Source: Vicugna vicugna
Lineage: Eukaryota
Assembly (NCBI GenBank): GCA_013265495.1
Contig: MU058824.1
Coordinates: forward strand, 4,119,111-4,183,110
DNA: 64,000 bases
Reading direction: 5' to 3'
A program made the position numbers and the translations under genes. Numbering within the stretch: the first letter of the stretch is position 1; each line of letters starts with the position of its first letter. This document shows positions 51,603 to 64,000 of this stretch, in pieces. Below the pieces are notes generated by a model. That model saw nothing but the letters and a program-made list of their open reading frames with translations. It was not told where the DNA came from and did not search any database.

Positions 51603-52629
51603 TCTGAAGAAATCCATTCTTAGTTTAGCTTCACCCACTCAACTGTGACATGCTCAGAGCAAAGTTTGTCTTCAAGCAGAGAAGGTCCTAGGGAATCACA
51701 GTGAAACCAAGTCAGTTGTCAGGCAGTCTTTGCGGGTCAGTTTTTTCTTGCCCAGCCTCTTTTGGCCTCCATTGTGATTCATGACTGTTTACTACTATTA
51801 CTCCAGGCTTCTGTAACCCAACACCCCTGCCCTGCTTCATACTCAAAATTCTATGTGTCTTTATAAGAAGCCTCGCATTGTGTGTTACTGTATTGCGCTG
51901 ATCAAATGTGATGGTTATGTAGAAGTATACTTTAAAAATAGAAAGTATAACACAAAATGTGATTGATTGTGAGAGTGTATTTGTTTCACTTAGATACTGA
52001 AATTAACCTAACTCAGCTAATGTCACCTTAGGATTAAATAGTCATATCTTCAGAGTGAGAACAAGCTTGGCATGGGGCAATAGGTCACCTGTCCTGAGGA
52101 TGAGATGAAACATTGAACAGTTTGATAAAAGGAGACTATTCCTTAAAGTGAGATGAATTAATTTGTAGCCTCAATGGTATACTTTTCCAGAGTGGCTTGG
52201 TATACTTACAGGAAGGCTGGCCATTTGAGAGAAGGAAATGAGAGAATTCTTTCTGAACTGCCGGTATGTGAGTGACTACTCAGAGCAGAAGTCTTTTCTG
52301 GACAAAACTTCCCTTGTGCTAGCCTTAAGTCCATTTGTCATGGAAGAAGGCACCAATCCAGTTTGCGTACAGGTAATCCCACAGAGACTGCTTTCAGAAA
52401 GGTGGGAAACATGCTACTGGTTTTTCTTCTATGACTGTATACTTCCTTTTATCTTAATCTTTTAAGTTTTTAGTTTTTTTAAAACTACATGTTGATTGTA
52501 AAAAGATACGCAGCACTATCTTCAATCCCTCTCCCCAGAAGTAACAGCAATTGGAATTTTAGTATTAACGGGACTTTTAAAAATTATATTTATATAAAAA
52601 TGTCTCATCAAAAAAAAAAGTCTCATCTT

Positions 52630-53310
52630 TGCAAACAGTGGTTTTTAGTATATTCAAAGAATTGTATAACTATTCCCACCATCTAATTTTAGAACATTTT
52701 AATCACCCCCCCCAAAAAAAATCCCATACCCTTTAGCAATTACTCCCCTTTATTACTTCTCTCCCAGCTCCTGGCAACCTCTAATCTCTCTATGGATCTG
52801 CCTATACTGCACATTTCATATAAATGGAATCATGCAATATGTGGCCTTTTGTGTCTGACTTCTCTCAGTTAACATGATAATTTCATGGTTTGTCTATGTT
52901 GTAGCATCAATCAGTACTTCATTCATTTTTATGGGTGAGTAATATTCCATTGTATGGATCTAGCACATTTTATTTATCCATTCATCAGTTAGTGGATATT
53001 TATTTCCATGTTTTAGCTATTGTAAATAACACTGCTGTGAACGTTTGCCTGTAAGGATGTTTATTGGTCACATGATAGATTTTTAACATTTTGAGGAACT
53101 GCCAGGCTTTTCCAAAGTGGCTGCACCATTTTGCATTCTAGCAAATAAATGCTTGAGGGTTCCAGTTTCTTCACATCTTTGCCAACACTTATTTTCCAGT
53201 TATCTTTATAGCCATTGTAGTGTGAAGTAGCATCTCATTTTGGTTTTAATTTGCATTTCTCTAATAACTAAGTAAGCTGAGCGTCTTTTTATGTTTATTA
53301 GCCATTCCTA
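52630..53310 (-). mobile_element. L1MB-like 3' end
   Basis: CATTTCATATAAATGGAATCAT..TTCCAAAGTGGCTGCACCATTTTGCATTC..TTTAATTTGCATTTCTCTAAT. Confidence 0.85.
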
Positions 53311-53619
53311 AATATTGTATGATCAGTTAAAAAAAAAGTCAAAGATCCTTTTGTTTGACCCTTGTGCATTATATAGTTAGGGAAATGTGGGGAAATAGAA
53401 ATAGACCCATGTCATAAGTAAACTCGCCATCTTTCAATAGATAACACCCCCCTCTTCTTTTTTTTGGACAGTGATAAGATCTATTTTTATTAATTTGTTG
53501 TTTTTATTATTATTATTGAGGCATAGTCAGTTTACAATGTTATGATAAAACTCTTAGTATGCATTTTTTTCCTTCAAATTTTTCTTTGCATTCTCTGCTT
53601 GGATAAAATAAAACTAAAC

Positions 53620-53982
53620 TGTTCTGATTATCTGTGGCTATGTAATGAATTATCCTAAAACTCAGTGATGCAAAGCCTGTTTTTTGTATCTTTCATGGTT
53701 CTTGGGTTTCCCGTGCTCAGCTAGGTGGCATGGGCTTCCTCACAGTGTGGCAGCTTGATTCTAAGAGTGACTGTCCCAAGAGGACCATGCAGATGCTGTA
53801 TGGCCTTTTATGACCTAACTTCAGAAGTCACAAAGCCTCACTTCCACCATAGTCATGGGCCTGCTCAAATTCAAGAGGAGAGAGTATCAATCCCACCACT
53901 AGGTAGGAATGTGTACATAGTAAGAAGAGAATAAAGGATGAGGGAACTTATTATGGCCGTCCTTGAAAATATAATCTGCACA
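53620..53982 (-). mobile_element. MaLR solo LTR (MLT1-like)
   Basis: CCTAAAACTCAGTG..GGGCTTCCTCACAG..GCCTTTTATGACCTAACTTCAGAAGTCAC..CACTTCCACCA. Confidence 0.75.
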
Positions 53983-54099
53983 TTAGATATACATGAAACA
54001 TCAGTTAAGATGGCTGCATGATGTTCCACCACAAGGATACATGGTAATTTATTTTACTTGTCTTTACTTGTGGAGCTTTAAGTCATTTAAAAAAATTAT

Positions 54100-54672
54100 G
54101 CATTTATTCATTCAGCAGATATTTATAAATGTCTACTATGTGCCAGGCATTGTTGAATCACCAGGATACCATGGTGAAAAGACTGACCAGGAAGTTCTTT
54201 TCATGCTTATTTTTTGTGGAAGGGGCAGAAAATGAACTGTATATGTAAACCAGTAAATAATCAGTTACTTTTAAGTACTATGCAAGTACTTGGGCAGTTG
54301 ACTACTCTAGATTAGGTGTTAGGGAAGGCCTTTAAGAAGGTGACAGTCTGAATGATGAGAAAGAACAAATCAAGAAAACTTGGGTCATAGGAGAACATTC
54401 CAGGGAGAGGAAACAGCTAGTGCAAAGGCCCCAAGGCTAGAAATATCATGCAAACCGAAAGAAAGCTGATGTGCATAAGGTGGATGAAGGTGGAAGTGGT
54501 ATGAGATGAGGTTGAAGAGGTCAGTACAGATCAGTGCAAGAGAATCTTGGTAAGCCAGGGAAAGTAGTTTAGATTTTATTCTGTCTCTTATGAGAAGCCT
54601 TTGGAAGGTTTTAAGAAAAGGAGTGACATCTGGTTTATATATTTTAAAACTCCTTTTGTTGCTGTAATGAGA
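54100..54672 (-). mobile_element. L2 LINE 3' fragment
   Basis: CATTTATTCATTCAGCAGATATTTAT..CTACTATGTGCCAGGCATTGT..TGCAAAGGCCCCAAGGC. Confidence 0.85.
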
Positions 54673-54677
54673 ATTTT

Positions 54678-55668
54678 AAAAAATTGTGGTAAAATATGCC
54701 CAACTTAAAATTTACCGTAACTATTTTTAGGTGTACAGATCAGTAGTGTTACATTGTGCAGCCAGTCTCTAGAGTTCTTGTCTTGCAAAACAAAAACTAT
54801 ACCCACTAAATAATAACTCATTCTCTTCTCCCAGTCCCTGGCAATCACCCTTCTACTTTTTGTTTCTATGAATTTGAGTGCTCTGTGTACCTCATATATG
54901 TGGAGTCATACAATATTTGTCTTTGTGACTGGCTTATTTCATTTAGCGTAGTATGGTCGAAGTTCATCCATGTCTCAGAATTTCCTTCCTTTTAAAGGCT
55001 GAATAATATCCCATTGTTTGTATATAACACATTTTGTTTATTCATTCAACCATGGATGGCCACTTGGGTTTGCTTCCACATTTTGCCTGTTGTGAATAGT
55101 ACTCCCAGGAATATAGGTGCATAAATACCTCTTTTTAGACCCTTCTCTCAATTCTTTTGGGTATATGCTGTGGAATTGCTGGATCATTTCTATTTTAATG
55201 TTTTTAGGAACCGCTATTCTGTTTTTCAAAGTGGCTGCACCATTTTACCTTCCTACCAACAGTGCACAAGGATTCTAGTCTTCTATATCCTTGCTGACAC
55301 TGGATGTTTTTTGTTTTTGTTTGCTTAATAATAGCCATCCCTATGAGTGTGAGGTAGGTAGTATTTTATTGTGGTTTTGATTTGCATTTCTCTCCTGACT
55401 AGTAATGTTGAGCATCTTTTCATGTGCTTATTGGACATTAGTACATCTTTGGAGAAATGTCTATGTAAGTCCTTTGCCCATTTTATAATCGGGTTTTTGT
55501 TTTTGTTTGGTTGTAGTTCTTTGTATATTCTGGATATTAACCTCTTATCAGACATGATTTGCAAATATCTTCTCCTGTTCCATAGGTTACCTTTTCATTC
55601 TGTTGCACTGCTGTTTTTATTTTGAAGTAATCCAATTCGTCTCTTTTTTTCTTTTGTTGCCTATGAGT
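54678..55668 (-). mobile_element. L1MA/L1MB-like ORF2 C-terminus + 3' UTR
   Basis: ORF 55325..55564 ([41 protein letters not shown]) is L1 ORF2. Confidence 0.92.
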
Positions 55669-55729
55669 TTCAGAATGAGATCGTCCTTATATATGTTCTA
55701 AGATTCTTCTGTTAGAAATAAGGAAAAGA

Positions 55730-56660
55730 CAGAATATCTGACAAATCCATAACTACTCAAGAAATCTAATTCCAAGTTTAGTTGGCTAACTAGCAAATTC
55801 TAGCAAACATTTAAAGAAGGCGTCTAACACCAATCTTACAGAAACTCCTGTAGAGAACAGAAAAAGAGCAGTCCCTGATTCATTTTCTGAGGCTAGCACA
55901 ATCTCTAACAAAACTTGATAGGGACATTATAAAAATGGAAAATACAGTTAATTGCACTTGAGAACACAGATATAAAAATTCTAAGCAAAATATTAGCAAA
56001 CCAAATCCAACAATACATAGAATAATGCAGTATGACATGATTCTATTAGGAATGTAAAATTGGTTTAAAACCTCCAAAAAACAATTATTGTAATTCACAC
56101 AGTAACAGAAAAGTCATGATCTCATAGATGCAGAAAATTTTGATAAAATTAAACATCCATTTATGATAAACTTTTTATGAGTTACCAAAAAAAGAGAGAG
56201 AACTCATTTGATTTCCTAAAGGGATCTACAAAAAACCTATTGCCAACATCATACTTAACGGTGAAATGCTGGAAGTTTTCCAGTTTTGGAATAAGACAAA
56301 ACTGCCTCTCTCACCGTATCTAATAGCACTGTGCTGGAGGTCCTGGCCAGTGCAGTAAGATAAGACAGGTTGGAAAGGAAATTGAACAGTCATTATTGGA
56401 TTGTATGTGTAGAAAACACAGAAGAATAGAGATAAACTGTTAGAATAAATAATTATATATAAAACCTAGAGTAAACTCAAGAACAAATGTACATGACCTC
56501 TGCAGAAAACTGTGAAGCGCTATTTAAAAAAATTAATAACTCAGGTAAATAAAAGAATGCATCTTATTTATAGACTGAAGACTCAACATACCAGTACCCC
56601 CTAATTCATCTCTAGATCCAATGCAGCCCAATAAAAAATCTAAACTGTTATTCTCATGTA
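55730..56660 (+). mobile_element. Degraded old L1 ORF2 (RT-region) fragment
   Basis: AAAATATTAGCAAACCAAATCCAACAATAC..ATAGATGCAGAAAA..GCCAACATCATACTTAACGGTGAAA..CTGGAGGTCCTGGCCAGTGCA. Confidence 0.8.
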
Positions 56661-56924
56661 TTAGAATGGTAGGGTACCAGGGTAGACAGTCCCAATCACC
56701 AGATACATTTGAAGGAACTGCAATATTTTCATGTTTGGTAAGCAGCATATTGGTATATTTTTATTTTTGAAGTTGAGGGGACTTATATGACTTGGGTGCC
56801 TCAGGAAGAAGTTTTTAGTAGTCATTCACAGTTTTCACTTCTGTCATGAAAACTAATTTTAAAGGGCAGTCTTGGAGTCAGAATTCTTTAAAAGCTCTTG
56901 GTACAAGCAACTACTTTTTCTAAA

Positions 56925-57082
56925 AGTGCTGTGCTGTCCCCTAGCCACATGTGGCTATTTAAACAATCCTGTTAGTTAATTAGTTGTACTAATCCCATTT
57001 CATGTGCTCAGTGGCTACCTTTTGGGTAATGGAGATGTTGAACATTTCCATCATTGCACAAAGAGTCATCGAACACCTCTCC
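56925..57082. mobile_element. MER3-like hAT-Charlie relic
   Basis: CTAGCCACATGTGGCTATT..CATTTCATGTGCTCA..GAACATTTCCATCATTGCA. Confidence 0.65.
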
Positions 57083-58839
57083 AACAAGACTTCCCACCTT
57101 TTTGGATAAACGTTAAATAAAATTTTAGGTTTCATTCTGAAAATCACAGGCAACAAAAGAAAAAACAGATGAATTGGATTACTTCAAAACCGAGCGACTG
57201 CTCTGTTATAATTTACTCCCTACCACATTTGGTAGTCAGTGGCTCACCTTAAAATTTAAGCCACTCATTGGGTGTTTATTAGCAGGGTACCAGATTTTCT
57301 GATCAAGAAAATCAATTAGAGAAGAAATTGCAGTACAGATTTCAAACTATTCAGCATTGAATTTTGGACGCATTGTTTACATGCAGACAGACTTTGGGTG
57401 AAGGCTTCAGATGCCAGTTAGCTAAGATCTCAGTCATTTGAGAGGAGTTCTCAGAGAGTTTGCCTCACAAAGGATTGGCTGAACCCAGGAAGAATTCACT
57501 GTAAACCTAAGGGCGAGGAACCCTAGAGGGACTGTAATAGATTTTTGCTGCTGAGATTCAGCATTTGAGGAATCTGACTCTTATGATTGGACAGCTTCCA
57601 AATGGTAATTTCCCTCCCTGTTTCCAATTTTTTCCCTTCATTGCCCTCTCTCATCACATACTTCATATCCAAGTAAACAAGAAAAGCTGTTTCATGGTGA
57701 TTTGCATTATGAAAGGAAGCTTGTATAGCTAAGATTCTGTTGGGAGATCTGTAATGCTAGGTGAATCCACAGCAGTAAAGGAGGAATTATGAGAGATTCA
57801 GAGATTAGAAATGGATTACATTGGATGCCTAAAGGTGATTGGGATTCATGACTCTGTACTATGAAATGAAAAAACAAAGTTTGGATATAATCATCTCCAA
57901 ATAGACTACTTTGGAAGACTGGCAGAGGGCTTTGGGGGAAGAGTTAGATAACTGGGCTACATAATGGGGGTGTGTCGGGGGCTCGGGGGAGGAGATGTAT
58001 TCATGGGAGCCTGTTATTTCATTCTAGCTTCTCTTTGCCCAGGAGTTGCAAAAGCCTGTGACGTTATTGCTGGAACTTTGAACTTAGCAGTTGCTAAGCA
58101 CCTGCTGTTGTGTTTTAGGCTGTAGGTTTGGATCTTGGGGTTACAGAGTCAAAACGGCTCCAGCGCTCAATCTAATATGGGAGAGAAATGTACACAAATA
58201 ATTACCATTTCGTGTTATTCTACGTAGAAGTGCAGCGGGTCCTGGAACATCATTTTCGTCTTATTCCCTAATTTTCTACCGGAGGCAGCTGAGGCCCAGG
58301 GCAGGAAGGAGACTGGCTTGAGTAATGCCAAAACAACTAGAACCTGAGTTTTTTGCTGATGGGACTAAAATATGACCACCATCCTTGAAGACATCATCGA
58401 ATTCCTATCTGCTTAAAGATAACTTCTCCGATAATGTCCCCTTGACTGCCCTCCTGTCCTCCCATACCACTTACCTTGTCCTTATATTCATTGTGCTTTT
58501 TATGGAAGATCTTGCTTCCTCTTTTAGATCTTAAACGTGATTAGGAGAGGCAGCATGCTAGCTTCGGCCTTCATACCTATCTCATTTCCCATCCTCAGAA
58601 CAATCTGAATAACTGTTAGGTTAATTGAGCCTGACAGTGGGACAAGTTGGGTTCAAACCTACTTGCTGTATTGTGAGAGTCCTTGTACTACTCATCTCCC
58701 TCTACATCAATAAAAATTCCTCACATTCGAGCCACATGGATACATATATTGGGAACTTGCGTGAGGTCAGTTACTGTCTGATGGCTGAGGTTTGGAGAAG
58801 GGAGACACGGACGAGCAGCAACAATTAGGCAGAGATGTA

Positions 58840-59990
58840 TACGAATTGGGGACCCGCCCCTCCGCGGTACTGTGTGGCAGCGGCCTTGCCAGGCGCGGAG
58901 TGGGCGGGGGAGCGGCCGGGGCGGGGCTGCGCAGGGGCGCTGCGCGACAGCTCTGTTGCCGGAACTAGTCGGAGTCGCGCGCCGGATAGCGCTCAGCCCG
59001 CCCCGCCCCCCCCCCCGTGGGTGGAAACAAAGCGGGCTTGGCGCGAAGAGACTAGCCCAGGGGGGAAGGGGCGGAGCGTCTGGCAGTCTCCGGCCTTCCG
59101 CTCGCTAGGTTTGTTCCAGCAAGAGGCCGGGGCGGGGCGACCCAGACCCGAGAAGTGGGAGGGCCGCGTGCTCGCGCATCTTGCGGCCTAGCGGCGGGGG
59201 GGCGGGGGGCGGTGCCTGCGCGCGCAGCAGAGGGTAGTGCGCCGGCGCGTGGCGAGCCCCGTCCGCGAGCACCGGGGCGGGGTGCAGCGGGGCGGGGCCC
59301 CCCTCGTGCAGTGGTGCGGGGCCGTTCGGCGGCCGGGGCGGTTAGGGCGCGGGGGCGGAGAGGATGGGGCCCCCGAGGCGTTAGCTGATTCTGTCAGCTC
59401 TGGGCGTGCAGCCGTCGTTTCCTGGTGCGCCCCGTGTGATGGTGCCGGGAGGAAGGAAGCGCCGTGACAGCGCCTCGGTCGAAGCCCGGGTTCCGGGGTT
59501 GAGGAGGCCCGGGAACGGAGAATCTGGCGAGCTGGCCGCTGGCTGGGCGAGCAGTCACAATAGGAGGCGGCGGCCCAGCGAGGAGCCGCGGGAGTAGCCC
59601 CGCAGGGCGGAGCCTCCCCTCGCAGGTACTGGCTGCTGCGGCCGTTGGTTCCCGCGCGAGGGCGGGACGGGCCGAGCTTGAGGCAGTTGGGAGCCTGCGG
59701 GGACACGCTGGCTGGAGATGTGGTTGTTCCATGCTTGGCGGGGCGCGGCGCGGCCGCCTGGCGCTCTTTGTTCCCAGGGCAGCGGAAAGGAGGTGCGGGC
59801 ACAGCCCGCAGGAGCGCCGGCCTGCAGCCGCCTGGCAGATGGCCTTGCTCTCTGGATCCCTCCCTTTTTGCCAAGGCGCAGGTGAAATGATGTCACCCAG
59901 GAGAACGCGGAACCCGGTCGGAAGGGTCTTCTCTCGCGTCCTTCTGCCGCCGCGAGTTTCCGAACAGGCTGCGTTTTGTTCTCGGGATGG
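58840..59990. promoter_or_regulatory. Second (intragenic) CpG island; probable alternative promoter
   Basis: High CpG density. Clustered GC boxes (~58853, 58902, 58918, 58997, 59067, 59128), ETS-like CCGGAA at ~58959, candidate donors AG|GTTTGT (59108/9) and CAG|GTACTG (59625/6). Confidence 0.88.
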
Positions 59991-60799
59991 AAATTCTTCC
60001 TTTCAGGGCTGAAGAATGAGAGAGGTTGGTTTTAAACCCAGAGTTTTCAAATTATTGAAGGCAAAAGAGAATAAAGTTTTCGTTTCCGTATGTAGGACTT
60101 GTAAGGGACCTTACTTTTTTTTCTGCTGTAAAAATGATGTATCCTATTATTCAGTAAAAGTTGGGTATGTTCATTCTTCCACCGTAAATAGAAATGAATA
60201 CTGTAAAAATGAATTGCCTTTTCTTCTTTCTTAGGCGCACTTAAAACAGGAAAATTTAAGTGTATGACACTCATGCACAGTCGTTTTGTACCTCAGAATT
60301 GCAAGCGTTATAGGATTCTGTTTGGCCTTGATTGAAAATTCCATTAAATAGCTAGCAACCAAGGTAATTAGGCTTAAATTTAAAAAAAAAGGAAGAAAGG
60401 AAAAAAAAACACCTTCCCTCAGTTTTTAAGAAATCAGCTTAATAAAAATCTGGGGACAGTTGGAAGACAGTTTCTGTCTTCCATTAGGAAGAAATTGGAC
60501 TTTTGTAGAAGTACCAGTACAAGACCAAGTGTTGATGTGAGATCAGTTGCAGTGCATCTGGCATGAACTTGTGATAAGTAGATGAAATTACTTAGTGGAT
60601 TTTTAAGTGGTTGTTGTGTCACTTCATGCAATCCTTTCTCCAGGTCTTGCTGGCTCATAAATTCATTAGCATAATATATTTCACTTTTCGAATACTCATT
60701 ATTAAATGTATTCATTATAGGGGTTCAATTTTAAGTTGATATATGTAATTTTCTGTAAGGCTTGTTTCTAAGGGGCTTGGTGGCCTTTTGAGGCTATAG

Positions 60800-60920
60800 T
60801 TACATAAGTTTTGCCACAAACTAGCCATGTCGGCCTCAGGTTCTCATCTATAAAGTATGAGAGTTAGATTTAAATGAACTCTGTGGTCCCTCCACTTCTA
60901 ATATCTTCTGTGACTCTGGC
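60800..60920 (+). mobile_element. MIR/MIR3 fragment
   Basis: GGCCTCAGGTTCTCATCTATAAAGT..GAACTCTGTGGTCCCTCCACTTCTAA. Confidence 0.55.
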
Positions 60921-63900
60921 AGGTAGTTTGTTTCTGTGCTTGAGATTTATATTCCCATCTTGTTATTATAGTGAGACTGAGTTGGAAGTTAATTTTGAGA
61001 ATTTTTTGTACCAGAGCAACCTGATTTTTGAGGAGGGGTGGACAGGGGATGGCATAGTTAGACATAACTGAATATATTAGCATGATAATGTGCAGTGTAG
61101 GTCTATTGTGTCTCTACCAACTGCTTTGGATGAGGCTTTTAGTTACTTTCCCAGACTCTTTTTATTTGTGCTTTTTCACTTTTTCCCCCTCTGAGCCTGG
61201 GGGTTAGGAAGTATGAGTGAGAAATCCTTAGATAAAAATCTCTGAAATGATTGATCAGTATAGAAAGATTATTGGTCAAGATTATCTTTGCCCTCTACTT
61301 CCAGTCTATTCCATCTGTTTCTCTGTGCTGCCCCACTTTTGTTTAGGCCTCCACCATTTTGTAATTCATTTTGCTGGAGTGGTAGTTCTTGGTTAGTCTT
61401 GTGATTGTTGTGTAATGTCTGGGTCTACTTACTAGTTTTTTGATTGTACTTAGCACATATGTCAGACATCCATTTTCATATCGGTTCTACTTTGGTTAAA
61501 TCATAGTTTGCTGTATTTTTCTCTGGGCAGAGCATACAGATCGTAAAAACACATTTGAGTTTTTAATTCTAATCTAGTTCATTTTTTCAGCAAGCGTTAA
61601 ATTCTTAATAGGACATAGTTTATGTGGAGATCAAGCAAATACTTGAACTCTGTATAGTAAATTAACAAGTGAGAAATTTGAGCCGTTAGAGAAGGGCCAT
61701 GTACATAGTCTTATTTTTTCCCCAACTCTTCTATCATCTTGTGTTCCTTTTTTAAGGATCTGAACACCTTACCTTCTCCCCTCTGGCTATGTTAGGGGGC
61801 CCTATTGTCTTCATTTAGTTCTTATTGAATTGCCCCTCACTAGGCTGAATCTCTTTGAGGGCAAGAAATATTTCTTTTTGTGTTTACAGTATCTAGCACA
61901 TGATAGACATGCAATAAATAGGAATTAATTATAACCTATTTAATACGAATCGTAAAGAGCTCAGTCACACTTCGTCTTATCCAATGTATGTGTTTGTGTA
62001 GAAGTTGTTTTTTATTGATTTGGACTGTTCATGGGCTAGATATTTGCCAAATCCATGTAATTCTTAGAGATAATTCTTGAAGAGATACATTAGAGCAGTC
62101 TACTGAGAGGCTACCAGCCTAAGTAAAATGATTTTAGACACAATTCCTTGAGAGGAGAATAATCTTTGTGCAGGGAAATCTGTATTGTGGAAGTGAAGGA
62201 AAGAAAACTTTGTTAAAAGGATGTGTAACCCTTATTTTTCCTAACCCTTATGGTACCCTGCTCAATATATGTAATGGTTAGACCTTCGTTGCATGTACCT
62301 CCCTTGCCCCTCGTTCCCTTTAATTTGTGGTACTGTGGTGTGCGGTAGGCAGAGAGTGGAGCCTTTCAGCTATTTTCACCAACCCTGGTTCTGCTCTGCT
62401 CCCAGAAAGACATGGGCTCAGTTTCTTGTTTGCTTTAACTCAAGAGTGGGAATAGTAGTTTATTTTTAAAAATGCTTGTCTCAGTGCTGGGCAGTAATGA
62501 TCCTCCCTAGGTAAGTAGTACTCATTCTTGAATGGTTTAATGACTGCATAATAGTCCGCTGAGCACACATACCGTAATCTTGCTTACCAAATAATTACTT
62601 GTTCAATGTTTAGGTTACTTCTAGTTCCCTTTTAAATTGTGGTTCTGATGTGATGACCACACGTGTTTGTGTATGTGGCTTTTCTCATATTTTGGAATAT
62701 AGTCTGAGAATTTATCAGATAAAAGATCACTGATTCAAACTGTTAAGTTGTTAATAAAATCTGCCTGATTACTTTCCAGGAGATTAACATTTGCCATCAT
62801 GGAAGCAGTGAGAATATTTGGATTTTTAGATAATTTGAATTTGACCGCTTGATTTTGTAGGCACCCAGACTTGGACCTAGAGGAGAAAGGGATTTATTGG
62901 ACTCAACACCAAGCCCCTGACCAATCATCTTTTGTTTTTTTTTTTTTTTCTTCTAATAGGTTATGATTTGAGTACCTATGAGCAGTTGGTATGCAACTAA
63001 TAACAGTGAACAGTTTTTTTTCCTAGAGAGTAGTGTGTCCATTTTGGGGAAGGCTGTTCCACCTTCTGAGCAATTTGTTTTGTAGAAAGTACATTATTTA
63101 ATACTAGCCAGAGGTCATTTACCTGCACGTTCTGTACTTCACTTTTATGAGAAAAATGCAAATGATTGAGGAAGGCAGTGGTCATCAGAAGCAATTTTGG
63201 AGGAAGCAAGTTCTGGGACAGTATCTGGACCTAAGTCCCATGTTATTTTTAGCACAATAACTGATAATACTGCATTCTCCAAGACAGAGGTTAAATTGTT
63301 GATTACATTATGGTTGCCAAGACTGGGAAAGGGCACATTAACCAAAAGATGTCCTTAAAATAGAAATGTGTTGGTACTTAAAAGGTTAAACTGTTTTCTA
63401 TAATTTTAGTCTTGTGAAACGGGGAACAGTTTTGCTGGGTGAATTAGTCATAGTTATATGTAAATAAACATTAAAAATGGGAAGTGTGGGGAGTTGCAGA
63501 TTTAATTCCATCTCAGGGGTGTTTTCATGGCAGGGCTTTTGAAACATAGGTTGCATCTTGAGAGACTGCTGAAGTTACCATGTCTTTGTAATGCTCACCA
63601 GTTGGTAGGTTAGGGGAAAATAGAATTATGTATCGATTTTCAGATATAGTATAACCTCAGTAATTTTAACGAAGGAGCAGTTAGGGAAGTTTATGTCAGA
63701 AACAACTTAGAAAGAAACAAATTTATTTTCAAATACTTAAAATAGCTTTAAATAGGCCTTGAGGAATAGAAATTACTAATACAACTAAATTATAAAGAAG
63801 GATGTTACTTTAAAGTTTTTTTAACTACATGGTGTTTGAGTTGAGTCTGAAGCTTAGAGCCAGATAGACTTGGCTTCATATTATGGCTCTGGTATTTATG

Positions 63901-64000
63901 AGATAATTCACTTTAAACAAGTCACTTAACCCTAACTTACAATATGTGAAGATCAGAAAACTTAGTTCTGTTCCTGGCATGAAATTAACTATTACCAGAC

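Noticed and set aside
54678..56660. Adjacent opposite-strand L1 pieces as a twin-priming inversion
   Set aside because: The + piece is visibly more degraded than the - piece and no shared TSD was found; more likely independent insertions.
58835..60012. Overlapping ORFs in the second CpG island
   Set aside because: Same GC artefact; no domain-like sequence.
1..64000. Prokaryotic-type systems (CRISPR, operons, defence islands)
   Set aside because: The sequence is mammalian intronic DNA with no repeat-spacer arrays or gene-dense coding regions.

Overview
Mammalian genomic DNA, almost certainly camelid: it carries eight copies of a tRNA-derived SINE matching the camelid Vic-1 family, plus cetartiodactyl-type L1 3' ends. 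The window looks like the 5' end of one + strand gene: a CpG-island promoter and GC-rich first exon (splice donor after 1664), a very long repeat-rich intron, and a second CpG island at ~58.8-60.0 kb that looks like an alternative promoter. No conventional protein-coding exon is visible. The two-island layout about 58 kb apart resembles my recollection of the PAK1 5' region, but this is unverified and no gene symbol is assigned. Most ORF-track entries are GC-rich noise or L1 ORF2 relics. Repeat family names and old-repeat boundaries are by eye and approximate. I found no convincing new multi-gene system. The most interesting items are a Kozak-context ORF in exon 1 with two candidate cassette exons that would change how it ends, two candidate L1 3' transductions, two closely spaced inverted SINE pairs, an unexplained ~75-bp inverted repeat and a palindromic CTCF-like site.
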